NCBI GenBank assembly: GCA_001662655.1
Contig: KV460230.1
Length of the DNA: 64,000 nucleotides
DNA from: Pseudogymnoascus verrucosus
Taxonomy: Eukaryota
Reading direction: 5' to 3' (one strand)
The position numbers and the translations under genes are program-made. Shown piece after piece: positions 60,515 to 64,000 of the stretch (within the stretch, counting starts at the first letter, position 1; each line of letters opens with the position of its first letter). The notes beneath the pieces are model-generated. The model was not told the origin of the DNA. It was given only the letters and a program-made list of their open reading frames with translations, and made no database searches.

Positions 60515-61644
60515 TTAAACCATGAGCATGTACTGCGTGATAACCTCTGGGAACTTGGGCCCCAAGAACATAACGAGCTGCACGTACACCACCGCGGAGA
60601 AGAGAATCATAATGCTCATCTGAATAGCGAAACCCTTAAGGTACGCCTTGTAAACGTGCACGCGCGCGTTCCAGTCAACACTCTTCCACGCCTCCTTAAT
60701 CGACAACGGCTCGCGGTGCACCGACACAATGGTATCCACGTTCTCCTCGATCAAGCTGGCGTGAATGCGAGCCATAACCATGGTGACAGGCACCACGACC
60801 AAGATGACGAGAGAGAAGAACATAGCAGCCACAGCGAAAATCTTCACCAAGCACGCCTCGGGATCCTCGATAGTCTCTCCGCTGGCCTGGCGATCAATGC
60901 TCTTGAACAGGCCGAGCGCGCCGGCAAAGAGGAATGGTACGCCGATGGAGAGCTCCTCGGACAAGGCAACAATGGCGGTGATGGGCGCAATCTTCTTGAA
61001 TGTCTTGACGGATGGGAGGCGGCGGAACCAAGGGAGGGGCGAGGGGGCGGAGACAATGGCGTGAGTCCATCCCATGCGGATGGTGGAGAGGACGATCATG
61101 GTGAGGACGTCGCCGAGGCCGTAGGGGAGGAAGGAGAAGACGATGCTGAATTGGCTGCAGAGGAAAATGTACACGACGAACATGCTGAGACCGCGGTAGC
61201 GGCCGAAGAATCCACCGGTCTCGCGGAGGTGTTGGAGGGTGGTGCGGATGCTGGCGGTGATGGGGGTTTGTTGGATGAGGGTGACCTCGCATTGTTCGAG
61301 GAGGGGCTCCTTGTCCGTGCTATCTTCCTTCTCTTCGGTGGTCGTGGTCTCGATTAGGAGGGCGGTGGGGGTCTCGACCATGGCGAGGGTGGGGATGAGG
61401 TGGCCGTAGGTGTATGAGGCCTGGAGATGTTAGTTTTGGCCGATGAGAGCGGGGTAGGGAGAGGACTAACCATCATAATGGTGAAGAAGAAGATGATGGA
61501 GGTGAAAGCCAAAGTGGCGATGGCGAGAGGGGTGAGAAGGCTCTTGTCGCCATGCTTGCGGTGGCCGCCTGACGATTGATGAGCCTGGTGGATGTCCATG
61601 CCTCTCCGGACGATGTGGTTCGTGACGGAATTCATGATAGCCAT
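60515..61644 (-). CDS. Conserved multi-pass fungal membrane protein of unknown function; intron 61470-61421
   Basis: SYTYGHLIPTLAMVE, PITASIRTTLQHLR..GGFFGRYRGL, WTHAIVS, RIHASLIEENVDTIV; several hydrophobic helices. Confidence 0.85.
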
Positions 61645-62352
61645 GGCGACGTCAGTCGCGATAGACGCGGTTGTAAAAGTCGTCTGATGGTGAAAATATC
61701 GCTGTTGTCGAAGTCGAAGTTGAAGTTGAAGAAAAGGAAAGAAACGAACGAATGTACGAGGTAGGAAGGAAGGATCGATCGCGATAGACTGTCGTTGGCG
61801 GTGGGGACAAGTGACGACGACTGTGTGGTAAGCGGGACTGCGGCGCAGCACCCTGGCGCCTGGAATTCCAAGACTTTCGGGATTTCGGAACCAATCAACA
61901 ACGTATCATTTCGCTCCTTCAAAACACAACTCGTACATTTCCCCTTTATAGAGGTTTATGTGTTATAATTACTACTACTGCTTCACATTTCTCAATTATC
62001 CTACGGCAAATATTATCCAGCGAAGGGATGATGAGAATTCTTTCATTAAATTCTATTTTTAATCCCACTATTGATTCATGTGGCGATATGTTGATTTCTT
62101 GATTCTTATATACGAAGTATCACGTGACTTCAATTTCCGAAGTTTCCGGCAGCTGTTTGACAGACTAAAAATATAATTTTGATAAACTTTCACAGGATTT
62201 TCAGTTAGTCAAAAGACTAGTGTTTCCAATATTCTTATTCGGCTCTAAAATAACACATATATTTCGTCCCAGATTTCCCTATTTATCCAAGTTTTCTCCC
62301 TTCTCTTCATTAAAACGCCATTGTCCCTTCTCTCGTCCTCCCTCTCCCTCCC

Positions 62353-63283
62353 TCAATCCATCTTAAACCCCACAATCTTCTGCGCCACCTTCAGCGGCGG
62401 CGCCAGCAACAACGCACAGAGCACACAGATCACCACAGTGAACCACTGAAAGATCTGCAACAGCCAGTGCGCACCAGGCAAGAAGAACTTGACAAAGTCC
62501 TCTGGCTCGTAGTAGTCCTCCTGCGCGCTGATGTAGAAGCGGTCATCCTCCTCCTTGACGAGGCGTAGGACGGTGATCAGAGGGACTTTGGCGGAGTAGA
62601 ATGGGATGATGAAGAGGGAGAAAGTTTGCGACATTGAGATGTAGAGGCGTTGAGTTTTTGGGTCGAGAACTGTAGTTTGTTAGCATCTATCTCCCCCCCT
62701 CTCCCCCCCCCCTTTACCTCAAACCAACCACCCCTTTCCTCCAGAAACCCTTCCCCCCCTCTTCCAGAACCCCGCAATCCCACCACAGTCCCCAGGGCTA
62801 TATAAAAGATATGAAAGGTGCACATACCAACACTCTCAACATCCACCTCAATCCTCGGACTCAACACCTTATACCACCGATAAATACACCCCATAACCCA
62901 TCTCGAGTTCACCGCCCCCAACAACGGCACATTCACATCCCCAAAGCTCGGGACGCGGCAGATGGTGTGTCGGAACGAGGCGTCGTGCGTGAAGTTCGCG
63001 TCAAGGGCTGCGAGCTGCTGCGAGGGCGTGCCGGAGCAGAGGGTGCGGATTAGCTGGGGGGTTTCTTTGACTGTTGGGGGGGTCGTTAGCTGGATGATAC
63101 TTGTAGGCGAGGGCAAATTGAAGGGGAGCAATAGGGAATGGAAAATGTAGATTGGGAACAAGGTAATGGGTTCTGCAGGTCCAAAGCTGGAGCTTGCTGA
63201 GCTCTATGACACTGGTGGTGGGTGGTGTAGGTATATGCAGCTATATGGTGTGAGAAGTTGTCATGCTTACCTGGATGTTCCAT
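62353..63283 (-). CDS. Conserved fungal protein with NTF2/SnoaL-like fold and C-terminal TM helix; exons 63283-63271, 63070-62828, 62669-62353
   Basis: Spliced MEHP-VKETPQLIRTL...FTHDASFRH.ICRVP...IYRWYKVLSPRI...FYISAQEDYY; canonical splice sites keep the frame. Confidence 0.82.
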
Positions 63284-64000
63284 CTCGACTCAATAGCTCC
63301 AAGCTCAGTACTTTCCACTAAAAACAAATAGCTAACTTATCAATCGACGACAGCGACAGTATAACACTTCAAAACAAAGGAATTTCCTGTTCCTGGGGGC
63401 GTCTATATTTCTAGGGTTTCTATTTCCGTTTTTACCAATCCATAGGGGTCCATCCATCCCAACTGGTTTTCTCAGGACGTTATGACATCACTCCTCACAT
63501 GTGATTGTCCAATCGATGGCATCACGTTTTCCCACCCCCCTCTCCACCCCTTAAGGCCCAGACCAACCTGGTGTATCAAACTACAGACGGGATATATTCA
63601 ATCAATCAAGCCTTAATTCAATCTTTCAAATCTTTCATTATCAGGTATCGCTATCGCGTGAGGAGAGTATGTATGACAAGTATATCTGCGCCTGCAAGTG
63701 TAAGTATACCAGCCACCACCACCGCCCACCCGGTCCTATCCAATACCCACCCACCACCTTTCTAATCATCCATCCCCCTTCCCAAAATCCATCTCTTCCT
63801 ATCGAAAACAATAAAAACGCGTGGGTATACATCAGGTCATCTCATCTATGCATGCTATTTACCATCCCCCCCGTCCCCTCCCCCATCCTACTTCTGCCCC
63901 GAGAAGAACCATGACGTGCGTTTATTCCCCCCTCCCTCATTCTGCAACCCCTGCACGGCCGGGATGGTCGTCTCCCCTCCCCCCCCCCTCAACGGCTTCG

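Noticed and set aside
1..64000. Secondary-metabolite cluster, Starship captain, intact transposase, tRNA or 5S rRNA
   Set aside because: No PKS/NRPS/terpene synthase, tyrosine recombinase, DDE or RT motifs in the ORF track, and no tRNA or 5S pattern seen by eye; tRNAscan-SE and Rfam searches would be needed to exclude RNA genes fully.

Overview
Gene-dense euchromatic segment of a filamentous ascomycete (Pezizomycotina; a Leotiomycete such as Pseudogymnoascus is my guess from protein and intron style, not verified). Introns are short GT-AG with CTRAC branch sites. I can support about 23 protein-coding genes, mostly housekeeping: CCP1, btgE-type GH17 glucanase, a conserved Pro/Ser-rich protein, MNN9, dynamitin, LSD1-type demethylase, VPS33, a large Ser/Pro-rich protein, PEX4, Fun30-type remodeler, VMA21, a DUF2406-type protein, RPL33 (missed by the ORF track, with a 10-nt microexon), G6PD, ALG12, YOS1 (last exon not found), SYM1, CRC1, an Msc2-type Zn transporter, ALG1, a Ubc7/Ubc15-type E2, a repeat-containing BTB-like protein, a conserved membrane protein and an NTF2-like protein. 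I saw no tRNA, rRNA, CRISPR array or intact transposase. The non-routine signals are: a ~100-nt hairpin in RPL33 intron 1, a 13-copy motif array at the window start, a decayed SNF2-family helicase relic with a 15-bp minisatellite, a patchwork of ~80-110-bp duplications at 39.4-40.1 kb, a C-rich to G/T-rich synonymous switch inside many exons, a leader intron plus uORF in MNN9, and a local concentration of ER/N-glycosylation genes. Nothing here is a demonstrated new system; these are candidates. All coordinates were read by eye.
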